Source: Escherichia phage pEC-M719-6WT.2
Length of the DNA stretch: 64,000 nucleotides
Sequence record: OQ845958.1
Reading direction: 5' to 3' (one strand)
Numbering within the stretch: position 1 is the stretch's first letter; each line of letters starts with the position of its first letter. The position numbers and the translations under genes were made by a program. This document shows positions 56,406 through 64,000 of the stretch, piece by piece. The notes under the pieces were generated by a model. The model saw nothing but the letters and a program-made list of their open reading frames with translations, was not told the origin of the DNA and did not search any database.

Positions 56406-58084
56406 AAACGTTTAAGCTAAAGAAAGTCATCTACAAAAATATTATGTCGGTTGGTGCTCAACCGATTACTGTTGAACTGGATAAAGTCCAAAAAACTCTG
56501 GTCACCGGCAAGAATGGTGCGGGTAAATCTACGTTCCTTGAAGCGGTTACCTTTGCTATGTTCGGTAAGCCTTTCCGTGATGTAAAGAAAGGCCAGTTGA
56601 TTAACTCGAGCAACAAAAAAGATATGCTCGTTGAATTGTGGATGGAATATGATGGAAAAGAATACTATATCAAACGCGGGCAAAAACCCAATGTTTTTGA
56701 AATCTCTTGTGGCGGTAAACGTCTTGATGAATCTGCCAGCAGTAAAGACTTCCAAGCGGAATTTGAACAGCTTATCGGAATGTCATACGCCAGTTTCAAA
56801 CAAATTGTCGTACTCGGCACAGCTGGATATACCCCTTTTATGGGCCTATCCACTCCTGCCAGAAGAAAGCTTGTCGAAGACCTTTTAGAGGTTTCTGTAC
56901 TGGCCGATATGGATAAGCTGAACAAATCTCTTATCCGCGAAGTCAATAGCCAAATCCAGGTAATGGATGTGCAGCATGATGGTATCGTTCAACAGATTAA
57001 AATCTATCAGGACAACGAAGACCGTCAAAGAAAATTGTCAGGTGATAATCTGTTGCGACTGCAAACGATGTATGATGAACTTGCTACAGAAGCACGTGGA
57101 ATCAAGGCAACTATCGAAGAAGCAACAACAAGACTGACCGAGATAATTTTGGGAGAAGACCCCGAGCACGAACTCACAAAGTTAAAGCAGGAATCATTCC
57201 TGATTAAATCGAAGATTGACGATTACCGAAAGGTTGTTGGTCTGTACGAGAAGGGCGGTTGTTGTCAGACTTGTGCCAGTCAGTTACATCCAGGAGACCC
57301 TATTGTCGCCAGGATTGAGTCAAAGATTGAAGAATGTAATGCATCAGCTGATAAGCATAAAGCTCGCCAGAATGCTGTTCAAGAGCAATTTGATGCGTAT
57401 ACCAAGGCAAGACAAAACCAGCGTACAATAGCTCAAGACATTCAAACTAAGAAACAAACCTTAGTCCAGACTGTCGAAAAAGCTAAAAAGGTTAAAGCAT
57501 TAATTGAGCAGGCCAAGTCAGAATTCATTGACCACGCAGCAGACATTAAAATGCTTCAAGACCAGCTTGATAAAATAGTCAAACAGAAATCTGACCTTGT
57601 GATGGAAAAATATCAACGTGGTATCCTAACGGATATGTTGAAAGATTCTGGTATCAAGGGCGCGATTATTAAGAAATATATTCCCATCTTTAATAAGCAG
57701 ATAAACGCTTATCTTAAAGTTATGGAAGCTGATTATAGCTTTACGTTAGATGAAGAGTTCAACGAAACGATTAAATCTCGTGGGCGTGAAGACTTTAGCT
57801 ATGCATCATTTAGCCAGGGTGAAAAAGCTCGTATAGATATTGCATTGCTGTTTACATGGCGCGATATTGCGGCAAAAGTATCTGGTGTTAATATTAACAC
57901 ATTGATTCTGGATGAAGTTTTTGACTCGGCCACAGATGTAGAGGGTGTTAAAGCAATTGCTACCATCCTGAACAAATTGGAAGACACCAACATCTTTATC
58001 ATCAGTCACCGAGACCATGACCCGGAAGCATACGGACAACATCTCCAGATGAAAAAAGTTGGTCGATTCACTGTTATGGAATAA
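56402..58084 (+). CDS. 46: recombination endonuclease subunit gp46 (Rad50/SbcC-like ATPase)
   Basis: Walker A GKNGAGKST, central coiled coil with CxxC hook, C-terminal signature/Walker B (LILDEVFDS); 560 aa. Confidence 0.9.
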   Translation: MKTFKLKKVIYKNIMSVGAQPITVELDKVQKTLVTGKNGAGKSTFLEAVTFAMFGKPFRDVKKGQLINSSNKKDMLVELWMEYDGKEYYIKRGQKPNVFEISCGGKRLDESASSKDFQAEFEQLIGMSYASFKQIVVLGTAGYTPFMGLSTPARRKLVEDLLEVSVLADMDKLNKSLIREVNSQIQVMDVQHDGIVQQIKIYQDNEDRQRKLSGDNLLRLQTMYDELATEARGIKATIEEATTRLTEIILGEDPEHELTKLKQESFLIKSKIDDYRKVVGLYEKGGCCQTCASQLHPGDPIVARIESKIEECNASADKHKARQNAVQEQFDAYTKARQNQRTIAQDIQTKKQTLVQTVEKAKKVKALIEQAKSEFIDHAADIKMLQDQLDKIVKQKSDLVMEKYQRGILTDMLKDSGIKGAIIKKYIPIFNKQINAYLKVMEADYSFTLDEEFNETIKSRGREDFSYASFSQGEKARIDIALLFTWRDIAAKVSGVNINTLILDEVFDSATDVEGVKAIATILNKLEDTNIFIISHRDHDPEAYGQHLQMKKVGRFTVME

Positions 58085-58119
58085 TGTTTTAAAACAAGGA
58101 TGTTATAATAGAGGCTATT

Positions 58120-58311
58120 ATGGCTGACTTCTTAACCGGGCAGCATTTATTGGCTGTCCCTGAAATTAAACGGTATGTGTTAGTTAATACCTTTTCGAAA
58201 GATGAACACCTTGTCACTGAACGTGACTTGCAAAACGCTTTCGGTGAAGAATATGTTAAAATAATCGCGAACAGACACAATGCCTGGTTCGCATATGAAT
58301 ACTTTGATTAA
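58120..58311 (+). CDS. small protein in 45.2 position
   Basis: 63-aa ORF between 46 and rpbA. Confidence 0.5.
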   Translation: MADFLTGQHLLAVPEIKRYVLVNTFSKDEHLVTERDLQNAFGEEYVKIIANRHNAWFAYEYFD

Positions 58312-58335
58312 TTGATAATGAATAGAGAGAATATT

Positions 58336-58743
58336 ATGAACAACGTAACTGCTAAAGATATCCAAGTTAAAACCATCCGCACCGACGCTAACCCGCATAA
58401 CCAAAACCGTGTTCGTAAATCCTGGGTTCTGGCCTGTGATGAAGCATCTGCTACCCGTCTGCAGTCTCTGCCGCAAGAAATTAAATTTATGCTGTATGGT
58501 GTGATTGATACTGATGTATCTGATAAGTGGATTGAACTGATGCGTAATCACTATAACGATTCACTGGCTGCTGGTGCTAAACTGGTTATCGACCGTGACG
58601 GTTCCGAACGTCTTGAAGATGATTATTGCGTTAACTCTGATGACCATCTGGTGCAAGCTGGTTCTATTATTGCTGCACAACTTCCAGAGTATATTGAATC
58701 TCTTCCGGAAGCTATCCGCAAACAAATGGCAGTTGTTGCTTAA
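58336..58743 (+). CDS. rpbA: RNA polymerase-binding protein RpbA
   Basis: position immediately upstream of gene 45 as in T4; 135 aa from ATG. Confidence 0.6.
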   Translation: MNNVTAKDIQVKTIRTDANPHNQNRVRKSWVLACDEASATRLQSLPQEIKFMLYGVIDTDVSDKWIELMRNHYNDSLAAGAKLVIDRDGSERLEDDYCVNSDDHLVQAGSIIAAQLPEYIESLPEAIRKQMAVVA

Positions 58744-58770
58744 TTTTTGATTTGAATAAAAGGTAATTAA

Positions 58771-59466
58771 ATGAAATTCTCTAAAGACACTATCGCAGTT
58801 CTGAAAAACTTCACTTCCATTTACTCTGGCATTATGCTTAAGCCAGGTAATACCATCCTGACTCGTTCCGTAACTGGAGCGTCATATGGCGAAGCCGAAA
58901 TCAATGATACAATTGACTTTGAAGCTGCAATTTATGACCTAAACGGCTTCTTAAGTATCCTGGGCCTGGTAACTGACCAAGCTGAAGTATCTCTGGCTGA
59001 AGATGCATCAAACATCATTATCAAAGACCAACGTTCAACGATTCACTGGCCTGCTGCAGACCCGAGCACTATCGTGTTCCCTGCTAAGAAGATTCCTTTC
59101 CCGGTAGCTAAGGTTATTTTCGACCTGAAAGGTAGTGACCTGCAACAGCTTCTGCGTGTGGCTGGTGGTTTGTCTCTGGATACTTTTGCAATCACCAACA
59201 AAGACGGTAAGATTGTTATCCATGGTTATAATCAGCTCGAAGATAAAGAGTTAGCGCGTCCATTGTATTCCCTGGTGTGTGGCGATTACGAAGGTGATGC
59301 AGCGTTTAAATTTATCATTAACAAACTGAACATGAAAATGATTCCGGCTGATTATCGTGTTATGCTTTGGGCAAAAGATGATAAATTTGCTACGAAGTTT
59401 GAAGGCACACAAGCAAGCTATGTGATTGCAATGGAACAAGGCTCTAGCCACGAATTCCAAGATTAA
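58771..59466 (+). CDS. 45: sliding clamp gp45
   Basis: MKFSKDTIAVLKNF...WPAADPSTIVFP...LQQLLRV... matches recalled T4 gp45. Confidence 0.9.
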   Translation: MKFSKDTIAVLKNFTSIYSGIMLKPGNTILTRSVTGASYGEAEINDTIDFEAAIYDLNGFLSILGLVTDQAEVSLAEDASNIIIKDQRSTIHWPAADPSTIVFPAKKIPFPVAKVIFDLKGSDLQQLLRVAGGLSLDTFAITNKDGKIVIHGYNQLEDKELARPLYSLVCGDYEGDAAFKFIINKLNMKMIPADYRVMLWAKDDKFATKFEGTQASYVIAMEQGSSHEFQD

Positions 59467-59522
59467 TAAATGGGGCTTCGGCCCCATGGAGTACAAAGTA
59501 GAAACTAATATGAGGAAAATAT

Positions 59523-60482
59523 ATGTTAACGGTTAATGACAAAGAATTCATGTGGGAACAAAAATACCGTCCAGGTACATTATCAGAGTGTATTCTCCCG
59601 GCTCATGATAAAGAAACATTAGAGGCGATTGTTAAAAAAGGTTTAATTCCTAACTTGATTCTGGTCAGTAGTTCCCCTGGTACTGGTAAGACAACAGTTG
59701 CAAAAGCTATGTGCGCAGATACGAATTCTGATATGCTGTTTGTTAACGGCTCCGATTGTCGAATTGACTTTGTGCGTAATGAATTGACTCGCTTTGCATC
59801 ATCTAAATCAATCGAAGGTCGCCGCAAGGTAATTGTTATCGATGAGTTCGACCGCGCGGGTCTGGCTGAATCACAACGACACCTTCGTAGCTTTATGGAA
59901 GCTTATTCGAGCAACTGTTCAATCATTATGACCGCGAACAATATCGATGGCATCATCACTCCGCTGCAGTCTCGTTGTCGCGTAATTAAGTTTGGTGAAG
60001 CAACTCCAGCTGACCAGACCACTATGATGAAAGAAATGATTCATCGTGCAGTCGCGATATGTAAAAACGAAGGCGTTGAAATCGAAGACCTGAAAGTTGT
60101 TGCTGCTCTGGTTAAGCATAACTTCCCGGACCTGCGTAAGACAATTAATGAGCTTGACCGTTACTCTGCAAAGGGTGTTATCGATTCCGGTATTCTGAGC
60201 ATCGTGACAAACAATCGCACGCCAATTGATGATGTGATTGATGCCCTTAAGGACCGTAACTTTAAAGTTCTCCGTGGCCTGGCTCCTAAGCATGCAAATG
60301 ATTATTCAAGCTTCATTGCAAAGCTGGCTGATGAAATGTATGGCAAACTGACTGGTGCAAGCATCATCCGTATGTATGAGATTGTGGGTGAGAATAATCA
60401 GTACCATGGCATTGCAGCCAATACCGAAGTTCACTTGACTTATCTGTTTGCTCAACTGGCTGGGGAAATGAAATGGCTGTAA
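59523..60482 (+). CDS. 44: clamp loader large subunit gp44 (AAA+)
   Basis: Walker A SSPGTGKTT, Walker B VIVIDEFD, SRC-like motif; 319 aa. Confidence 0.9.
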   Translation: MLTVNDKEFMWEQKYRPGTLSECILPAHDKETLEAIVKKGLIPNLILVSSSPGTGKTTVAKAMCADTNSDMLFVNGSDCRIDFVRNELTRFASSKSIEGRRKVIVIDEFDRAGLAESQRHLRSFMEAYSSNCSIIMTANNIDGIITPLQSRCRVIKFGEATPADQTTMMKEMIHRAVAICKNEGVEIEDLKVVAALVKHNFPDLRKTINELDRYSAKGVIDSGILSIVTNNRTPIDDVIDALKDRNFKVLRGLAPKHANDYSSFIAKLADEMYGKLTGASIIRMYEIVGENNQYHGIAANTEVHLTYLFAQLAGEMKWL

Positions 60483-61051
60483 GTCTCTTTGATGATGACG
60501 TTCAATTAAACGAACATGAGGTTGCGTGGAAATCACGCGACTTTAACAAAATTCAGGAATTGTCCGATTCATACAAAGAGAAAGCAGAAAATGAATTGTT
60601 CGCGATTCTTAATGATATAACCGTTAGTAAAAAACCACGAAACCTGATTCAATCGGAAAACTACAATAAATTCTGGTTAGAAAACGCATTGAGCCAGCAT
60701 GTCGATTGCATCATGCAGGTGAACGTGATGAACTTAATCGGTTCCGGGTTAACAGACCAACAGCATTATAATTATTTGCTGCATGCGGTTCCACAAGGCA
60801 AGCGTTATGGCAAATGGGCTAAGGCTGAGCCGGATGTAGTCAGCGTCCAGCTTGTGTTAAAGCTTTTAATGAAATATTATACAATTAATGCAGATGATGC
60901 TTTGATGTATATGGAAACATTGAAAGTCAAAGGTAGTCTTAAAGATGTTTTGAAAAAGACAAAAGGTCTGGTAACGGATGAATTCTTAAAGACCGTTACC
61001 AGTAATGTGAAAGAACAAAAAGAAATTAAAAAACAAATATTGGAATGGTAA
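60473..61051 (+). CDS. 62: clamp loader small subunit gp62
   Basis: overlaps gene 44 stop; length and synteny as T4 gp62. Confidence 0.8.
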   Translation: MAVSLFDDDVQLNEHEVAWKSRDFNKIQELSDSYKEKAENELFAILNDITVSKKPRNLIQSENYNKFWLENALSQHVDCIMQVNVMNLIGSGLTDQQHYNYLLHAVPQGKRYGKWAKAEPDVVSVQLVLKLLMKYYTINADDALMYMETLKVKGSLKDVLKKTKGLVTDEFLKTVTSNVKEQKEIKKQILEW

Positions 61052-61052
61052 A

Positions 61053-61421
61053 ATGATTGAAATTACATTAAAGCAACCTGAAGACTTCCTGAAAGTTAAA
61101 GAAACTCTGACCCGTATGGGCATCGCAAATAATAAAGACCGTGTACTGTACCAGAGCTGCCACATCCTCCAGAAGCAAGGTCGTTACTATATTGTTCACT
61201 TCAAAGAAATGCTGCGCATGGATGGTCGCCAGGTGGATATTGATGGTGAAGACTATCAGCGCCGTGATTCCATCACTCAACTGCTCGAAGACTGGGGCTT
61301 AATCACTATCAAAGAAGAAGAGCGTAATGAATTGTTCGCAGTAACAAACAACTTCCGTGTTATCTCCTTTAAACAAAAAGACGACTGGAAGCTCGTAGCC
61401 AAATATACAATTGGTAATTAA
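61053..61421 (+). CDS. regA: translational repressor RegA
   Basis: 122 aa; MIEITLKQPEDFLKVKETLTRMGIANNKD...YTIGN nearly identical to recalled T4 RegA. Confidence 0.95.
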   Translation: MIEITLKQPEDFLKVKETLTRMGIANNKDRVLYQSCHILQKQGRYYIVHFKEMLRMDGRQVDIDGEDYQRRDSITQLLEDWGLITIKEEERNELFAVTNNFRVISFKQKDDWKLVAKYTIGN

Positions 61422-61430
61422 TTTAAAGCA

Positions 61431-61451
61431 AAGGGACTTCGGTCCCTTTTG
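61431..61451 (+). terminator. rho-independent terminator after regA
   Basis: GGGAC-ttcg-GTCCC followed by TTTTG; TATAAT box 4 nt downstream. Confidence 0.6.
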
Positions 61452-61511
61452 TAGTATAATAGCGTCAAGTCATAAAACAAAAGTCAATCACTCGACTATA
61501 AAGGAAACCAA

Positions 61512-64000
61512 ATGCAAGAATTTTATTTAACTATCGAACAAATCGGTGACAATCTGCTCGAACGATACATTGACAAGAACGGTCATGAACGTGTTCGTGA
61601 AATCCCTTATGCTCCATGCTTGTTTATGCATGCTCGCGAAGACCAGGCTGCAAAGTATACAGACATCTATAATAAAGGTTGTGTGAAAAAAGAATTCGAT
61701 TCCATGCGTGATGCATCCCAGTGGATGAAGCGAATGAATGACATGGGTCTCGAAGCTATGGGTATGGATGACTTTAAACTCGCATACTTGTCCGACCGTT
61801 ACCCGCACGAAATCAAATACGATTCAAGTAAAATCCGTGTGGCTAACTTCGATATCGAGGTGACATCTCCTGATGGGTTCCCTGAGCCGTCTGAAGCACG
61901 TCACCCTATTGATGCCCTGACGCACTATGATTCGGTAGACGATAAATTCTATGTCTTTGACCTTTTGAGCTCACCATACGCCACTGTGGAGCAATGGTCT
62001 ATCGATATTGCTGCTAAGCTGCAAGAAGATGGCGGTGATGAAGTCCCTGAAGAAATCCTGGAAAAAATTGTTTATATGGCTTTCGATTCAGAAGAAGAAA
62101 TGCTCCAGCAGTATTTGGTATTCTGGAACGAGAAAACTCCGGTTATGTTAACTGGTTGGAACATCGAGAAGTTTGATATTCCATATATCTACAACCGCCT
62201 TAAAAATGTATTTGGTGAAGCTACAGCAAAACGACTGAGTCCACATCGTCGTACAAAAGTTAAGGTCATTAACAATGGCTTCGGTGAAGAACAAGAAATC
62301 ATTCAGATTCTGGGTATCTCTGTTCTGGATTATCTGGACCTGTACAAAAAGTTCAGCTTCACAAACCAACCGTCTTATTCGTTGGATTATGTTGCGGAAT
62401 CTGAACTTGGTGTTGGTAAACTCCCGTATGATGGTCCGATTTCTAAACTGCGTGAATCAAATCACCAACGGTATATTTCTTATAACATCATTGATGTTTA
62501 TCGTGTTGTGCAGATTGACCGTAAGCGGCAGTTTATTAACCTGAGTCAGTCAATGGGTTATTACGCAAAAATGCAGATTCAGTCTGTATTCAGCCCAATC
62601 AAAACTTGGGATGCGATTATCTTTAACAGCCTGAAGACTCAAAACAAAGTCATTCCGGAAACCAAATCGCATGTTCGCCAATCGTTCCCTGGTGCATTTG
62701 TTAAGGAACCGATTCCGAACGCATACAAATACGTTATGAGCTGTGACTTAACATCTCTGTATCCGAGCATCATTCGACAGATTAACATCAGTCCAGAAAC
62801 GATTGCCGGGTCATTTGCACCAGCGCCGATGTACGAATACATTGCAGGAACTGCTGACCGTCCATCTGATACATTTAGTTGTGCTCCAAACGGTATGATG
62901 TATTTTAAAGATGTTGCGGGTATTATTCCGACAGAAGTCACCAAGGTGTTTAATCAGCGTAAAGAGCATAAAGGTTATATGCTTGCGGCTCAACGTAATG
63001 GTGAACTGATTAAGGAAGCCCTGCGTAATCCAGGAACTGGTACAACCGAGCCTGAAGTTGATTATCGTTATGACTTTGATGACAATATGAAAACAACCTT
63101 GCATGGTCTGAATCAAACAGTTCTGAATGGTATGTTGTACAAAGCGCAAATGGAAGAAGTTGCAGGCATGACCGCACAGATTAACCGTAAACTGCTTATC
63201 AACAGTTGTTATGGCGCTCTGGGTAATATCTGGTTCCGTTACTTTGACCTGCGAAATGCAACCGCGATTACATCTTTCGGACAACTTGCATTGCAGTGGA
63301 TTGAGCGTAAAGTTAACGAATATTTTGATAGTGTTTGCGGTACAAGTGGTGAAACATATGTATTCTATGGTGATACTGACTCCATTTATATCCAGTGCGA
63401 TAACCTGATTAAAAAGGTTGGTGGTGAATCTAAATTCCGCGATACAAACCACCTGGTTGACTTCATGGACAAGTTTGCGAAAGACCGTCTGGAACCGGCA
63501 ATCGATAAAGCTTTCCGTGAGCTGGCTGAATACATGAACAACAAACAACACCTTATGTTTATGGACCGTGAAGCGATTGCATGTCCTCCGCTGGGTTCTA
63601 AAGGTGTTGGTGGATTCTGGACAGCGAAGAAGCGTTATGCTCTGAACGTGTACGATATGGAAGGCACACGATACGCTGTTCCGAAACTGAAAATCATGGG
63701 CCTGGAAACTCAAAAGTCGAGTACACCAAAAGCATGTCAGAAAGCTCTGAAAGAATGTATCCGCCGTATGCTGCAAGAAGGTGAAGAATCTCTGCAGACA
63801 TACTTCAAGGAATTCAACAAGGAATTTAATGAGCTTAACTACATGACCATCGCAGGTGTATCATCAGTTAACAACATCCAGAAATATAATGAGGGTGGTT
63901 TCCCTGGATTTAAGTGCCCAGCTCATATCAAAGGCGTGCTCGCTTACATGCGTGCAACTAAAGGTATGAAGACTGTTCCACAAATCATGGAAGGGGAAAA
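61512..64000 (+). CDS. 43: DNA polymerase gp43, N-terminal part (3' end beyond window)
   Basis: open frame from ATG 61512 to window end; exonuclease motif FDIEV, polymerase motifs DxxSLYPS and YGDTDS; antisense ORFs here rejected. Confidence 0.95.
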   Translation, partial: MQEFYLTIEQIGDNLLERYIDKNGHERVREIPYAPCLFMHAREDQAAKYTDIYNKGCVKKEFDSMRDASQWMKRMNDMGLEAMGMDDFKLAYLSDRYPHEIKYDSSKIRVANFDIEVTSPDGFPEPSEARHPIDALTHYDSVDDKFYVFDLLSSPYATVEQWSIDIAAKLQEDGGDEVPEEILEKIVYMAFDSEEEMLQQYLVFWNEKTPVMLTGWNIEKFDIPYIYNRLKNVFGEATAKRLSPHRRTKVKVINNGFGEEQEIIQILGISVLDYLDLYKKFSFTNQPSYSLDYVAESELGVGKLPYDGPISKLRESNHQRYISYNIIDVYRVVQIDRKRQFINLSQSMGYYAKMQIQSVFSPIKTWDAIIFNSLKTQNKVIPETKSHVRQSFPGAFVKEPIPNAYKYVMSCDLTSLYPSIIRQINISPETIAGSFAPAPMYEYIAGTADRPSDTFSCAPNGMMYFKDVAGIIPTEVTKVFNQRKEHKGYMLAAQRNGELIKEALRNPGTGTTEPEVDYRYDFDDNMKTTLHGLNQTVLNGMLYKAQMEEVAGMTAQINRKLLINSCYGALGNIWFRYFDLRNATAITSFGQLALQWIERKVNEYFDSVCGTSGETYVFYGDTDSIYIQCDNLIKKVGGESKFRDTNHLVDFMDKFAKDRLEPAIDKAFRELAEYMNNKQHLMFMDREAIACPPLGSKGVGGFWTAKKRYALNVYDMEGTRYAVPKLKIMGLETQKSSTPKACQKALKECIRRMLQEGEESLQTYFKEFNKEFNELNYMTIAGVSSVNNIQKYNEGGFPGFKCPAHIKGVLAYMRATKGMKTVPQIMEGE

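Noticed and set aside
61455-61460. TATAAT just after the regA terminator as a gene 43 promoter
   Set aside because: No recognisable -35 or MotA box at the right spacing; noted in the terminator evidence but not called a promoter.
61527-63776. Minus-strand ORFs including a 321-aa frame inside the DNA polymerase gene
   Set aside because: Antisense to the open gp43 frame carrying conserved exonuclease and polymerase motifs.

Overview
The window is a contiguous 64 kb segment of a T4-like myovirus genome (not T4 itself), in reverse orientation to the conventional T4 map. Positions 1-12334 carry the late baseplate module on the minus strand (11 partial, 10, 9, 8, 7, 6, 5.4, 5.1-like, 5, 53). From 12383 onward almost everything is on the plus strand: late genes 4, 2, 3, then 1, 57A, 57B (Acb1-like 2H phosphoesterase), then a roughly 38 kb plastic early region, then 47, 46, rpbA, 45, 44, 62, regA and the 5' part of DNA polymerase 43. 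The early region holds two abutting tRNAs, eight genes with internal-protein capsid-targeting leaders, nudE, e, denV, regB, tk, rI, nrdC, 49, nrdD, nrdG, an NrdH-like glutaredoxin and 55, plus many small ORFs of unknown function, tightly packed with ATGA/TAATG overlaps. The most notable accessory content is the tandem internal-protein cluster, a macro-domain protein, a Pol-beta-type nucleotidyltransferase, an array of four small paralogs joined by near-identical 30-nt junctions, a lone minus-strand collagen-repeat gene, and at least 15 copies of a reiterated early-promoter/leader cassette. All protein identifications are by reading the translations and recalling T4 proteins and motifs; no database search or alignment was run. 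Coordinates include the stop codon, and start codons of small genes are the least certain part.
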